From contig JAYZAY010000085.1 of assembly GCA_036339465.1 (NCBI GenBank), positions 1 through 64,000 on the forward strand: DNA of 64,000 nt, written 5' to 3'. Under the pieces are notes generated by a model. The model did no database searches. It was not told the DNA's origin and worked only from the letters and a program-made list of their open reading frames with translations. A program made the translations under genes and the position numbers. Source of the stretch: Myxococcota bacterium (GTDB lineage: Bacteria > Myxococcota > XYA12-FULL-58-9 > JABJBS01). Position 1 is the stretch's first letter; each line of letters opens with the position of its first letter. Below are positions 19,331 through 29,606 of the stretch, in pieces.

Positions 19331-20758
19331 GTGATGTATCGGATGTGGATTGTTCTTTTTGTGGCCTCGTCTTTCGTTTCCTCATCGGCCTATGGACTTG
19401 ACCCGATTCCTGGTGAGGAGAAATTCGCAGCAGCAGCTGGCAGCGACAGCAGCAGCCTTGCAGCTGGCCTCATGTTTGGTGAAATTGATGACGCTTTTTA
19501 CCTCCAGCTTAATCCTCGTTTTGATTTTTCCGCGGGAAAGTTTGGCTTGGGCTTTCAAGTCCCCTTAAACCTAAGAGTTCATCCATGGGGTGGGAAGGGC
19601 GAAGCGAAATACGGTGCTAAGTTGATTCGCTCCGAAGATTGGGATGAGCCTTCTGATTTCCTCAAATTGGTTCGCTATGTTCGTTATGGCCAAAAACGAG
19701 ATTTTATTTATGTGAGGTTGGGTGAGTTGGCCGCTGACCTAGGCCATGGAACGATTGTGTCCCGTTATATGAATAATACGGATATCAATACCTTTCGCTT
19801 GGGTGTGCAATTTGACCTCAATACTGACTACGGTGGTTTCGAAACCATGGTAAGTGATGTGGTGAGTATGACCGGTTCGAACCAAGACTCCCAATTGGTT
19901 GGTTTTCGTGGCTACATAAAGCCAGTTGGCTTTTTTATGGATGATTCTCCCCTGAATATTTTTTCGGTGGGCGTATCGTTCGTGACGGACGGAAATGCAC
20001 CGGACACCCTGAAGCAAGGTGCTGCGGGTGGGAATGAAATTGATCCGGAAACCAAAGATGTCATTGTGGAAAAGACGAAGGGCGTTCAAGTTATCGGCTT
20101 CGATATGGACGTCGATTTACTTCATAATGATGTTGTCGAGCTCGTTCCTTACACCGATTTCAACGTGATTTCGGGGGCAGGCTGGGGGTGGCATCTAGGG
20201 ATTCTAAGTGTTTTTAAGCTTCCAGTTGGGCTCGACCTCCGTCTTCCTATTCGGCTAGAATATAGGAGGTTCAAGTCCAATTATATTCCCCAATATTTTG
20301 GTTCTTTTTATGAGATTGAGCGTTATATAAATACTCCAGCAGGAACAACGGTGCCGAAAGGCAACTATGTACGCGGTTTGAACGACGGGGACGGGTTGAA
20401 TGGTTTCTACGGAGATCTGGCCTTCGATTTTGTTGGGCTTGTTCAAGTTGGTGGAATTCTAGAGGCATATGAAGGGTACGGTAGCCATGCCACTCTCTTT
20501 CTTTCTGTGCCGGCTCTCGAGGTGGTCGAATTTAAGGCTTATTACGAACGGACGGGTATTGAGGATGCGGGAGATTTATTTAAGCTTGATGACCGTTCTT
20601 TGTTGATTGCACAAGGGCAATATCAACTGATGCCGTATGTGTATTTGGTCGCAAGATTTAATCGAAAATGGATATTGCGTCACGACGGCGAAGATAAAGG
20701 GACCTATAAATCTACAGATTCCTGGAATACGGGCTTAGAATTTTCGTTTAATCTATAA
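19331..20758 (+). CDS. Hypothetical outer-membrane beta-barrel protein
   Basis: GGAGGAG SD, signal peptide, Gly/aromatic-rich amphipathic strands, ends GLEFSFNL. Confidence 0.65.
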   Translation: MMYRMWIVLFVASSFVSSSAYGLDPIPGEEKFAAAAGSDSSSLAAGLMFGEIDDAFYLQLNPRFDFSAGKFGLGFQVPLNLRVHPWGGKGEAKYGAKLIRSEDWDEPSDFLKLVRYVRYGQKRDFIYVRLGELAADLGHGTIVSRYMNNTDINTFRLGVQFDLNTDYGGFETMVSDVVSMTGSNQDSQLVGFRGYIKPVGFFMDDSPLNIFSVGVSFVTDGNAPDTLKQGAAGGNEIDPETKDVIVEKTKGVQVIGFDMDVDLLHNDVVELVPYTDFNVISGAGWGWHLGILSVFKLPVGLDLRLPIRLEYRRFKSNYIPQYFGSFYEIERYINTPAGTTVPKGNYVRGLNDGDGLNGFYGDLAFDFVGLVQVGGILEAYEGYGSHATLFLSVPALEVVEFKAYYERTGIEDAGDLFKLDDRSLLIAQGQYQLMPYVYLVARFNRKWILRHDGEDKGTYKSTDSWNTGLEFSFNL

Positions 20759-20812
20759 AGATCCTATCTAATCTCTCCCCAGATGGGGATTATGGGCTTA
20801 TATTAATTACCA

Positions 20813-21148
20813 ATGTCTAATCCGAACGATCATAATGAATACCACAGTGAAGCGCGGGAAGAAGTAGCGACAGCTACGGAAAAGAAGCTTAAGCGCCCCA
20901 AGCTTTACAAAGTTTTAATTCACAACGATGACTACACCACCCAGGAGTTTGTGGTGATGGTTCTCAAATCAGTCTTTCATCTCGATGACATGAAGGCGAC
21001 CCAAGTTATGTTACATGTACATCGGACGGGTATAGGAGTGGCTGGAGTTTATCCTTACGGCATTGCCGAAACGAAAGTGCATAAGACCATCCACTTGGCA
21101 AGGCAATATGATTTTCCCCTACGCTGCTCCATGGAGGCAACTGAATGA
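20813..21148 (+). CDS. clpS: ATP-dependent Clp protease adaptor
   Basis: YKVLIHNDDYTTQEFVV...VH..G..VAGVY..IAETK...FPLRC; ATGA overlap with clpA. Confidence 0.96.
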   Translation: MSNPNDHNEYHSEAREEVATATEKKLKRPKLYKVLIHNDDYTTQEFVVMVLKSVFHLDDMKATQVMLHVHRTGIGVAGVYPYGIAETKVHKTIHLARQYDFPLRCSMEATE

Positions 21149-23445
21149 TTTCCCGAGAGCTAGAAATTACTTTTGCGGCGGCAGTGAGGGAAGCTGAGAT
21201 TCGGCGTCACGACTTGGTTTGTATTGAACATATTGTTTACGTTTTGACCGATAACCAGTTTTCCATCGATATCTTACGTCACTGTGGTGCAGATGTGGAA
21301 AAGCTCCGTCAGGATCTAGACGAGTACCTATCTCAACAAGAAAAGGTACTCGAAGGAATGGCTTTTCAAATTGAGCAGACCATTGCATTGACCCGCGTTT
21401 TAAGACGAGCTGCGATTCATGTTCAGTCTTCGGGGAAAAGTGAGATGGATGCTGGCGATTTTATCGTGGCGATCTTCCGCGAACCAGAATCATTCACTGT
21501 TTATTTACTGGCGGAACAAGGAATTCGGCGGCTGGATGTTTTGGAGTATATTTCCCACGGTATTTCAAAACTCGATGCGATTCCCGATGCCGCCGACGAT
21601 GTCGCCGAGGGTGGCCATGAGGAAGGGGATCCAGGGAGTCGAGGCAGCCCTCTAAAGAGCTTCACCATAGACCTCTTGGCAATGGCAGAGGAGGGAAGAA
21701 TCGACCCGCTTATTGGTCGGGAGGATGAGGTTAGAAGGACGATTCAGGTCTTATGTCGACGCCGAAAGAACAATCCTATTTTTGTAGGGGAACCTGGGGT
21801 GGGCAAGACCGCAATTGCGGAAGGCCTTGCCCTGGCTATTTTTGAAGAAGAGGTTCCCGAAATTTTGATGGGTTGTGAAATATACTCTTTGGATATGGGA
21901 GCTTTGGTTGCGGGAACCAAATTTCGTGGTGAATTTGAGCAGCGCCTCAAGGCCGTCATCAAGGTTATTTGTGAACGAAAAAATTCGATCTTATTCATCG
22001 ATGAAATCCATACAATTGTGGGTGCAGGGGCAGTGAGTGGGGGGAGTCTGGATGCATCGAATATTCTGAAGCCCGCTCTTAGTTCAGGGGAGCTTCGCTG
22101 TATTGGTTCGACGACTTACAAGGAATACCGTGGGGTTTTTGAGCGTGACCGGGCATTGGCTCGCAGGTTTCAAAAAATAGAAATTCCAGAACCCACCGAG
22201 GGGGAGTCTTTTAAGATTCTCAAAGGCTTAAAAGAAAAGTACGAATCCCACCATAGTATTACCTATACGACCGGGGCTCTGCGGAGGGCAGTTGAGCTAT
22301 CGCATAAATATATTAATGACCGATTTCTTCCAGATAAAGCCATTGACGTTTTGGATGAAGCTGGCGCGGCGGCTCGGGTTTTACCCATTTCTAAACGCCC
22401 GAAAACCATTCGTCCTCGGGATATCGAGTTGGTGGTTTCGAAGATGGCGCGAATTCCCCCGAAAACTGTTTCTTCGTCAGATAGACAACGTCTTGGTAGT
22501 CTAGAGAGTGACCTAAAACTTCTTGTTTATGGACAAGATACTGCGATTGATGCTGTGGTTTCCGCGCTCAAACTTTGCAGAGCGGGCTTGAGCCATCCTC
22601 GTCGACCGGTGGGTGCTTTTCTCTTTTCTGGTCCAACTGGGGTGGGTAAGACCGAGCTTGCAAGACAATTGGCCAGGTGCATGGGCGTTGAATTGCTTCG
22701 ATTTGATATGAGTGAGTATATGGAGAAACACACGGTTTCTCGCTTGATTGGAGCTCCGCCTGGATATGTAGGATTTGACCAAGGGGGCCTATTAACGGAT
22801 TCGATTATCAAGAATCCTCACACCGTTCTTTTGCTCGACGAAATTGAGAAAGCGCACCCGGATCTCTTCAATATCCTGCTTCAAGTGATGGACAATGCAA
22901 CGCTGACAGACAACAATGGGCGTAAGGCTGATTTTCGAAATGTTATTTTGATCATGACGACCAATGCAGGGGCTTTTGAATTGGAGTCTGGGAGCATTGG
23001 ATTTGGGACAAAGCCATCTGTCTCAGATGGGAAAAAGGCCATTGAGAGGACTTTCACGCCAGAGTTTCGGAATCGTCTAGACGGTTGGATTGGTTTCAAT
23101 CACCTTGAGATAAAGGTGATCGAGTTGGTTGTGGACAAATTAGTGGGTGAACTCGAAAGCCAATTGAGCGGGCAAGGAGTCGAACTGGTATTGTCAGAGG
23201 AGGGGAGAACGTGGCTGGCTAGTAATGGCTATGACCGTAAATTTGGGGCTCGCCCCATGGGACGTTTGATCGATAAGAAGATTCGCAAGCCCCTAGCTGA
23301 TGCGATTCTATTTGGGGATTTACAATCTGGTGGTTCTGTTACGGTGAGTGTGAATGAAGAAAGGCTAACTCTCGATATTGACCCTCGGTCCCCGGATGCT
23401 TCTTCACGAATTAGAAAAGGCGCGGGCCTTGTAGAGCAATCGTAG
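21145..23445 (+). CDS. clpA: ATP-dependent Clp protease ATP-binding subunit
   Basis: Two AAA+ modules (GEPGVGKT, GPTGVGKT), IGF loop, no M-domain, downstream of clpS. Confidence 0.95.
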   Translation: MISRELEITFAAAVREAEIRRHDLVCIEHIVYVLTDNQFSIDILRHCGADVEKLRQDLDEYLSQQEKVLEGMAFQIEQTIALTRVLRRAAIHVQSSGKSEMDAGDFIVAIFREPESFTVYLLAEQGIRRLDVLEYISHGISKLDAIPDAADDVAEGGHEEGDPGSRGSPLKSFTIDLLAMAEEGRIDPLIGREDEVRRTIQVLCRRRKNNPIFVGEPGVGKTAIAEGLALAIFEEEVPEILMGCEIYSLDMGALVAGTKFRGEFEQRLKAVIKVICERKNSILFIDEIHTIVGAGAVSGGSLDASNILKPALSSGELRCIGSTTYKEYRGVFERDRALARRFQKIEIPEPTEGESFKILKGLKEKYESHHSITYTTGALRRAVELSHKYINDRFLPDKAIDVLDEAGAAARVLPISKRPKTIRPRDIELVVSKMARIPPKTVSSSDRQRLGSLESDLKLLVYGQDTAIDAVVSALKLCRAGLSHPRRPVGAFLFSGPTGVGKTELARQLARCMGVELLRFDMSEYMEKHTVSRLIGAPPGYVGFDQGGLLTDSIIKNPHTVLLLDEIEKAHPDLFNILLQVMDNATLTDNNGRKADFRNVILIMTTNAGAFELESGSIGFGTKPSVSDGKKAIERTFTPEFRNRLDGWIGFNHLEIKVIELVVDKLVGELESQLSGQGVELVLSEEGRTWLASNGYDRKFGARPMGRLIDKKIRKPLADAILFGDLQSGGSVTVSVNEERLTLDIDPRSPDASSRIRKGAGLVEQS

Positions 23446-23532
23446 GATGGATATTTTAAAAACCTTTGTTGCTCTTCGGCCGATTCTCTTGACTTTACCA
23501 TACCAGGAACGGTAGATGCACCGCCACGGTTA

Positions 23533-23605
23533 GCCCAGGTAGCTCAGTCGGTAGAGCAGGGGACTGAAAATCCCCGTGTCGGCAGTTCAAATCTGTCCCT
23601 GGGCA
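23533..23605 (+). tRNA. tRNA-Phe (GAA)
   Basis: GCCCAGG/CCTGGGC acceptor stem, AGCTCAGTCGGTAGAGC D-arm, GGGGA-CTGAAAA-TCCCC anticodon arm, GTTCAAATC T-loop. CCA is not fully encoded. Confidence 0.97.
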
Positions 23606-23803
23606 CCGCATTTGGTCTTGAGATTGCCTCCCATGGTCGCTTTTTCGATTTCGCCGAAATCTTTAATGCTTGGATTAGCGGTGATTATGTGGATGTCACT
23701 TTGACGCAGTGCCAGACTTTATCATATGGTGTTAGTGCTTGCACTCTCTATGACCAGATCTAGCTTTGAAGGTTTGTTGGGGAGTCGTTAACAACTGAGT
23801 GGA

Positions 23804-24451
23804 ATGGGGAAGATGTCTTCTACAAAACTAGTCAAGAGATATGCCAATCGTAAACTCTACGATACCGAACAAAGCTGCTACGTCACTTTGGAGGATATAT
23901 CCATGATGATTCAAGCAGGTGAAGAAGTTAAAGTCATCGACAATAAAACCGGAGAGGATCTTACGAGTGTTACGCTGGCTCAGATTATTTTTGAGACAGA
24001 GAAAAAGAAAAACTTCATGCCCCTAAGCTTACTGCGAGGTTTGATTCAGGAAAGTGGTCAAAGCATTGGTGACTTTGCTCGTGGCCAGGTGGAAACGGTC
24101 CAAACACGTGCCACAGAAATTCGTGATACAGCGCAAGCCAGGGCCACGGATATAAGTGACTCGGTGACAAAACTTACATCGAGTATTGGGGATACGGTGA
24201 CTCGTGTGATTAAAAAAGGCGAAGACGGGGAAGAGGTAATAGAGGTAGAGGGTGAAACGGCCGTGTCAGCGTCGGCTCCTCAATCTGTCAAGGAGATGCT
24301 TAGCTCTTCTCAGAAGGCCATTGAGGATATTCAAAAGTCGGTTGAAGCTAGAATTCAGGAAGGTATTGGAACTGTCTCTGGCAACGTGAGTCGGGAGGTG
24401 GAAGACATCTTGCATCGTCTAGGGAGCCTAAAATCGAAGTTTCGAAAATAG
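23804..24451 (+). CDS. PhaR-like polyhydroxyalkanoate synthesis regulator (N-terminal DNA-binding domain)
   Basis: LVKRYANRKLYDTEQSCYVTLEDI...VIDNKTGEDLTSVTLAQII signature, followed by amphipathic helices. Confidence 0.85.
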   Translation: MGKMSSTKLVKRYANRKLYDTEQSCYVTLEDISMMIQAGEEVKVIDNKTGEDLTSVTLAQIIFETEKKKNFMPLSLLRGLIQESGQSIGDFARGQVETVQTRATEIRDTAQARATDISDSVTKLTSSIGDTVTRVIKKGEDGEEVIEVEGETAVSASAPQSVKEMLSSSQKAIEDIQKSVEARIQEGIGTVSGNVSREVEDILHRLGSLKSKFRK

Positions 24452-24513
24452 TCTTGTTTTAGGCGTTTTCATCGCCGCAAACTTCATGCATAAGAACGGT
24501 ACTGTAGGTTTGC

Positions 24514-25575
24514 ATGAAGAAATTTTTCGTGTCCATTTTGCTGGTTCTGGGATTGCCATTGTTGGGGGCTTTAGCCTGGATCTATGGTGGCTGGTCTGAA
24601 TTGCATCGGCGCTCCTATTCCGATTTATCCCCTGAACAGTTTCATCGGTTTCAGGTTCCAAAGGGAATACATTTGGGGGATGTGATCATCTCTCTTGGGG
24701 GGGAACGGACGGAATCGGATTTGTTCTTAATGATTCGACTGGCTCGTTTTAGTCGCATTTCTCAAATCAAAGCAGGATTTTATCAGCTTAGTGAATCTGG
24801 GTCGTTGCACGAACATCTAACAAAGATATCTCAAGGGAAAGTAGCTCAAGGGAAACTAACGGTCGTTGAGGGATGGAATCGCTGGCAAGTTAGGGAAGCG
24901 TGGGAGCGTGATGGTTGGCTTGAGGCCAAAGAGTTCGATCGACTTTGTGATGATACAGAATTGCTCGAAGAATTTCAGTTGCCTGGGAAGGATTGCGAAG
25001 GTTTTCTATTTCCGGAGACCTATTTGTTTTCTTACGGAATTGCCCCTAAGGAAATTTTTCGGGCCCTTTATGGGAAATACAAGGCTGTATTAAGCGTAGT
25101 ATCTACGGAGGCAGGAACCTTTGGCCCCTTAAATTTGAGTGAACTCGAATTTGTTACTTTGGCGTCTATTATCGAGAAGGAGACCGGTCAAGCGAAAGAA
25201 AGACCTAGAATTGCATGTGTTTTTTATAATAGGCTACGCTCCAAGCCTCCGTGGCGCTTAGAGACGGATCCCACGGTTATCTATGCAGCTCGATTAAGTG
25301 ATCCCGAATTTGATGGGAATCTGAAGGGCTACCATCTTCGAAAAATGAATCATCCCTATAACACGTATCTAAATAAAGGCTTACCACCAGGCCCCATTGC
25401 CAATGTGAGTTTGGACGCGATGCAGGCAGTTATAACCCCAGAAAAGTGCGGAGATTTCTTTTTTGTCTCAAAAAATAACGGGGAGCATATCTTTTGCCCT
25501 ACCCTTAGTTGCCATAACCGTGCCGTCCAGCGGTGGCAGGTCAATTATTTTCGTCGGAAAAAGAAGAATCTCTAA
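24514..25575 (+). CDS. mltG: Endolytic murein transglycosylase MltG (YceG family), copy 1
   Basis: N-terminal TM, EGFLFPETY, LASIIEKET, LETDPTV, YNTY..GLPPGPI. Confidence 0.92.
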   Translation: MKKFFVSILLVLGLPLLGALAWIYGGWSELHRRSYSDLSPEQFHRFQVPKGIHLGDVIISLGGERTESDLFLMIRLARFSRISQIKAGFYQLSESGSLHEHLTKISQGKVAQGKLTVVEGWNRWQVREAWERDGWLEAKEFDRLCDDTELLEEFQLPGKDCEGFLFPETYLFSYGIAPKEIFRALYGKYKAVLSVVSTEAGTFGPLNLSELEFVTLASIIEKETGQAKERPRIACVFYNRLRSKPPWRLETDPTVIYAARLSDPEFDGNLKGYHLRKMNHPYNTYLNKGLPPGPIANVSLDAMQAVITPEKCGDFFFVSKNNGEHIFCPTLSCHNRAVQRWQVNYFRRKKKNL

Positions 25576-27389
25576 AGCAAGCTGTCAATAAGCCAAGTTA
25601 ATTCCTGATTTAGATCCGAATACTGGCTGCGAAAGATCTGGTATTGTAATGCACCCCTCTGATCGAGAATCACAAGGGTTGGAAGCTCCATGGTCAGTCC
25701 GAAGTGTTTCGTAAATTTAGAGAAATTTAGAGAAAGTACGGGATCTGTAAAGATATCAAAATTGAGTTCAAATCGTTTTGTAAACTCGTCGTAGGGTTCT
25801 TTTTCACGTTCTACAGCAGTCCTGACACCGACCAGTTGTATTTCTTTTTGCTTGTTTCCCAGCTGTTTTTGAAACTCTATGAGTTTTGGTAATTCATCCT
25901 GGCAGTGGGGGCACCAAGTTGCAAAAAAGACCAAGGCGGTGACTTTGTTCGTTTTTTGTAGATTCAACGTTTTTTCGTTTAGTCCGGATGAGTCCGTCAG
26001 TTCGAGACTCGGAGCCGTAGCTCCCCGAATACGTGTTTGAAGCAGCCGCGCCTTTCGAGTCTCGTCGAGTTTTTGCTGTAGGCTTTGTGTTAGAGGCACA
26101 CAACGATTTAAATGTTCAATAACTTTTGGGTAACGTGGATGTGCTAAATAGAGCTTTTTTGCCAGGGCACATGCGCTTTCAGTCTGTCCGGCTGAGGCCG
26201 CAATGTCCATGGCATAACCAAACAGCTCCGGCTGAGAGAAAATATCGCTTTTCTTGAGTGTGGGTTGGATAAGTTCGTGGGCTTCTTGGAATTTGGAATC
26301 TTGGAAGAAGAGAAGGGCTTCAATTGTGTCTAAGGTGGTTTTAAAGGCGAGGGGAAGGCCCGGACGAAGGTCTAGAACGCATTGTTGGACGAGTTCGGGA
26401 GCCACTCCTGCAAAAGCAAAGTCTTGACACATTAACAAGACTTCTACGAGCTTTGTATCGCTTGAGAATCGAGGTTGTAGGAGGAGGTTTTCGATGTAGG
26501 GTCTTGGTTTTCGATTTATCTTTAAATGATCTCGATACAGCTGTCGAAGGCGGCGATAAGCTTGTAGGCCCACCCTTTCACTTTCTGCTTCACGGAGAAA
26601 CTGAGTTAGGATACTCATTTGTTGCGTAGAATTGGTCACATCTCGTAGTCTGGTTTCTAATTTCTGGGTGTCATTAAGGATGGGAACACCAACGATGATT
26701 TGTTGGGTTTGATCAACGAGTCTGGTGATGCGCCAGGAGGTCAGAGCGGCTTGTCCCACCACCCTTGGTGAGTATTTTTTTAGGGTTGCCCCGGAAATTC
26801 CGTCGATCAGCACATTTGGGTGGCTGATTGTTTTAAAGAAAGCTGTTTGCTCTCGAACGACTCGATGAAGATTCTCTAGGTCGTTTTGGGTGAAGGCAGT
26901 GTTTCCCCATTTCTTGAGTGGGGCTTCGGAGAATATTTGGACGAGTTCAGGTTTGTCATTGAAAGCGAGACTGACGGTTATAGGGCTACAAGGGCAGTCT
27001 TTATCTGGGCTAATTGGACCTACGACATCTCGAATATAACCCAATTTTTCCCCATTCATTCCCGAGACTACAACATAGGAGCTATTTCTCTTATCGAGTT
27101 TAGAGAGCCACTTTTTGGGGATGTTTTTGATTTCAAACCTGTGGGCATCTGGAAAGACCTGGCGGTAGTAATTTTGGAGGGGTTGGGACACTCCGAGATT
27201 CGTTGATGGTCTTGATTCCTTAGGGGCTGAGCTGGGTGGCTGGGGACTAGAGCCGGGTCTACATTGACAAGCAACAGCCATAATTCCTACCAGGAAAATG
27301 ATTGAGGGCGAATTACCGGTGGATCGGTTAGGGGCTTTCAGGAGCTTTGCTCTAGACATGATATTTATGGCCTTTGCCGTTTGACTCAT
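25572..27389 (-). CDS. Exported multidomain protein: FMN-binding-like domain, helical repeats and TlpA thioredoxin domain
   Basis: Possible lipobox (MAVAC), CPC, IDGISGAT flavinylation-type motif, C-terminal FFATWCPHC...ELP and LPTLVILD thioredoxin fold. Confidence 0.78.
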   Translation of the reverse strand: MSQTAKAINIMSRAKLLKAPNRSTGNSPSIIFLVGIMAVACQCRPGSSPQPPSSAPKESRPSTNLGVSQPLQNYYRQVFPDAHRFEIKNIPKKWLSKLDKRNSSYVVVSGMNGEKLGYIRDVVGPISPDKDCPCSPITVSLAFNDKPELVQIFSEAPLKKWGNTAFTQNDLENLHRVVREQTAFFKTISHPNVLIDGISGATLKKYSPRVVGQAALTSWRITRLVDQTQQIIVGVPILNDTQKLETRLRDVTNSTQQMSILTQFLREAESERVGLQAYRRLRQLYRDHLKINRKPRPYIENLLLQPRFSSDTKLVEVLLMCQDFAFAGVAPELVQQCVLDLRPGLPLAFKTTLDTIEALLFFQDSKFQEAHELIQPTLKKSDIFSQPELFGYAMDIAASAGQTESACALAKKLYLAHPRYPKVIEHLNRCVPLTQSLQQKLDETRKARLLQTRIRGATAPSLELTDSSGLNEKTLNLQKTNKVTALVFFATWCPHCQDELPKLIEFQKQLGNKQKEIQLVGVRTAVEREKEPYDEFTKRFELNFDIFTDPVLSLNFSKFTKHFGLTMELPTLVILDQRGALQYQIFRSQYSDLNQELTWLIDSLL

Positions 27390-27582
27390 TGATTTTTCAA
27401 TTGCTCTGCCTAACTTTTTTGGACGTTACCATGGAAGTCATTTTCTAGATATTCAAGTATTTTCAGGATGTCTTGGTAATTTATGGTGCCCATGTTAACT
27501 CTTTCACTTTAGATAATGCAGCCTTCTGAGTCATGGCTAAAGCTTGGAACAAACAAATAGAGGCTCAATTTGGAAACCATCC

Positions 27583-28335
27583 ATGGAGAAAGTTTATTTC
27601 AAGAATTCACGGGGTGAGCGTCTTTCTGGCCTTCTTCAAGGAGATCCCGAGATCGCTCCATTAACCGTCATATGTTGCCATGGCATGTTGTCGAGCAAAG
27701 ATTCCGCCAAGCTTCAAGAATTTCAAGAACATATGGTATCTGGAAACCTTGCCGTGCTCCGATTTGATTTTTCTGGTCGAGGAGAGTCCGAAGGCGAGCT
27801 ATTTGATCTATGCTATTCCAATCAAATAGAAGATCTTCGGGCCGCCTGCGATTGGCTTGAGGAACATGGGGCCCAGCGGTTTGGTTTTTATGGGTCTAGC
27901 ATGGGTGGGACGGTGGCTCTGCTCACGGCAGCGCGCCAGGGAGGAATAGTCTGTGCGGCTACCACGGCGGCCGTGGCTTACCCGGCCAGAATCGAGGAGA
28001 GGTATCCCGACGAAACCGAAAAATGGAGGGAGCGTGGTTATTTCGAATTCGAGGAAGGGAGAATTGGTTCCCAATTTATCGACGATGCTAGTTTGTATTC
28101 GGTGATTTCTTCCGTTCGGACTTTGAATATTCCGCTTCTGATAACACATGGTACCAAGGATCTGGTGGTACCGGTGGCGGATGCGGATGACATTGCTGCT
28201 GCTGCACGGCGGGTGTCGATTGAGTTATTTGATGGAGCAGATCATCGTTTTAGCGAGCTAGCCCACCGACATGCCCTCGTTCGGCAGCTAGTGGAGTTTT
28301 TTGATATGCATGCAAAAATGGCGGAAGAGGGGTAA
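27583..28335 (+). CDS. Alpha/beta hydrolase
   Basis: CHG, RFDFSGRGESEG, GSSMGG nucleophile elbow, HGTKDLVV, GADH. Confidence 0.9.
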   Translation: MEKVYFKNSRGERLSGLLQGDPEIAPLTVICCHGMLSSKDSAKLQEFQEHMVSGNLAVLRFDFSGRGESEGELFDLCYSNQIEDLRAACDWLEEHGAQRFGFYGSSMGGTVALLTAARQGGIVCAATTAAVAYPARIEERYPDETEKWRERGYFEFEEGRIGSQFIDDASLYSVISSVRTLNIPLLITHGTKDLVVPVADADDIAAAARRVSIELFDGADHRFSELAHRHALVRQLVEFFDMHAKMAEEG

Positions 28336-28415
28336 GGTCTGGGCAGACCTGTTGGCGTTACAATCTACTGAGTCTCGGAACGCGCATTTGTAGTACTCAC
28401 TGGAGGCTGAAAAGA

Positions 28416-29318
28416 ATGTTGAAATTCAAGCCACAATATAAAGAGAAACCTTGGGGTGGGCGACGTTTCCAAGAAAAATTTGGAAGAGAGCTCCCAAGCG
28501 ACGCTCCTTTTGGTGAATCTTGGGAATTGGTGGACATGGAGGGAGGTCAGAGTATTGTCACGGATGGAGAGCACGCGGGTAAACCCATCGGGGAGCTCTG
28601 GCGAGCAGGTATTGTGGGTGGAAGAGGGGAAGGGGCCTTTCCATTTGGACTTAAGTGGCTAGATACAACCGATTACCTTTCTGTCCAGGTCCATCCCGAT
28701 GAAGAATTTTGTAATAACACTCTTTTGGGAGCGCCAAAAACAGAGGCGTGGTTGATTACGCACGTTGAGCCGAAGTCGAAACTGCTAATCGGGAATTATC
28801 CTGGCTTGGATGCCCATCTTCTAAAGCAAGCGGTGGAACGAAGGACAGTTCGGAAATGGATGTACGAAGCGGGTCCTAGGCAGGGGGAGATTTACCTTGT
28901 GGAGGCAGGAACAATGCATGCAATTGGTGGAGGTTTCTTGATGTTGGAGGTTCAACAGCCCTCCGATACCACCTTCCGTATTTTTGATTGGGAGAGGCCC
29001 GGCCTCGATGGTAAACCCAGAGAATTGCATCTGGATGAAGCTGCAGCATGTGTTCGGTACAACCGATTCGATTTACCTCAACCGTACCGAGACAAAGTTG
29101 TTGGACCGTGCTTTCAAATGGAGTTGAAGCCCATGGGGAGTGCAGTGCCCGACGCAGGGCTGAGGGTATTGGTGGCCCATGAAGGAAATAGCCGACTGCT
29201 TATAGATGGTTCTCCCGTGACCTTAATGTATGGTGATGTAGCGGTTTTAGAGGCCTCGGAGTCAGTGGTTTCTGTGGGGCTGGGGTCATGTATGCTCATT
29301 ACGGAACCCGCGAATTGA
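28416..29318 (+). CDS. manA: Mannose-6-phosphate isomerase, type I (cupin)
   Basis: KPWGG, GESWE, LSVQVHP, KTEAW, AGTMHA, EVQQPSDTTFRIFDW.R, RELH. Confidence 0.88.
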   Translation: MLKFKPQYKEKPWGGRRFQEKFGRELPSDAPFGESWELVDMEGGQSIVTDGEHAGKPIGELWRAGIVGGRGEGAFPFGLKWLDTTDYLSVQVHPDEEFCNNTLLGAPKTEAWLITHVEPKSKLLIGNYPGLDAHLLKQAVERRTVRKWMYEAGPRQGEIYLVEAGTMHAIGGGFLMLEVQQPSDTTFRIFDWERPGLDGKPRELHLDEAAACVRYNRFDLPQPYRDKVVGPCFQMELKPMGSAVPDAGLRVLVAHEGNSRLLIDGSPVTLMYGDVAVLEASESVVSVGLGSCMLITEPAN

Positions 29319-29433
29319 CATTATTCATAGGATCACGCAAAACCGAGGCGTAACTATTGGACGATCAACATTCTTAGAATAATTTGATTGTTATCCCGAT
29401 TTTAGTGTGAAAATAGAATCCTAGTAATCCGGC

Positions 29434-29459
29434 GAGCCCTACCTTGGGCTCTATTTATT
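29434..29459 (+). terminator. Possible intrinsic terminator downstream of manA
   Basis: GAGCCC-TACCTT-GGGCTC hairpin followed by TATTTATT. Confidence 0.4.
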
Positions 29460-29606
29460 GCTGGACGTCGCGTTAATGCCAACGATTAGGTTGAGAACTC
29501 TTCTTAACGACGGTATTTCACGTATGGTTCGTAAAAGAACGGGTCAACGAGCCCATGAATACAAAGAAAGGCGTCCGAACATGTTTGGACGTGCTACGGT
29601 AAGCCA

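Noticed and set aside
23533..23803. Integrative element at tRNA-Phe (or at tRNA-Sec)
   Set aside because: No integrase and no duplicated tRNA 3' end seen; the flanks are housekeeping genes.
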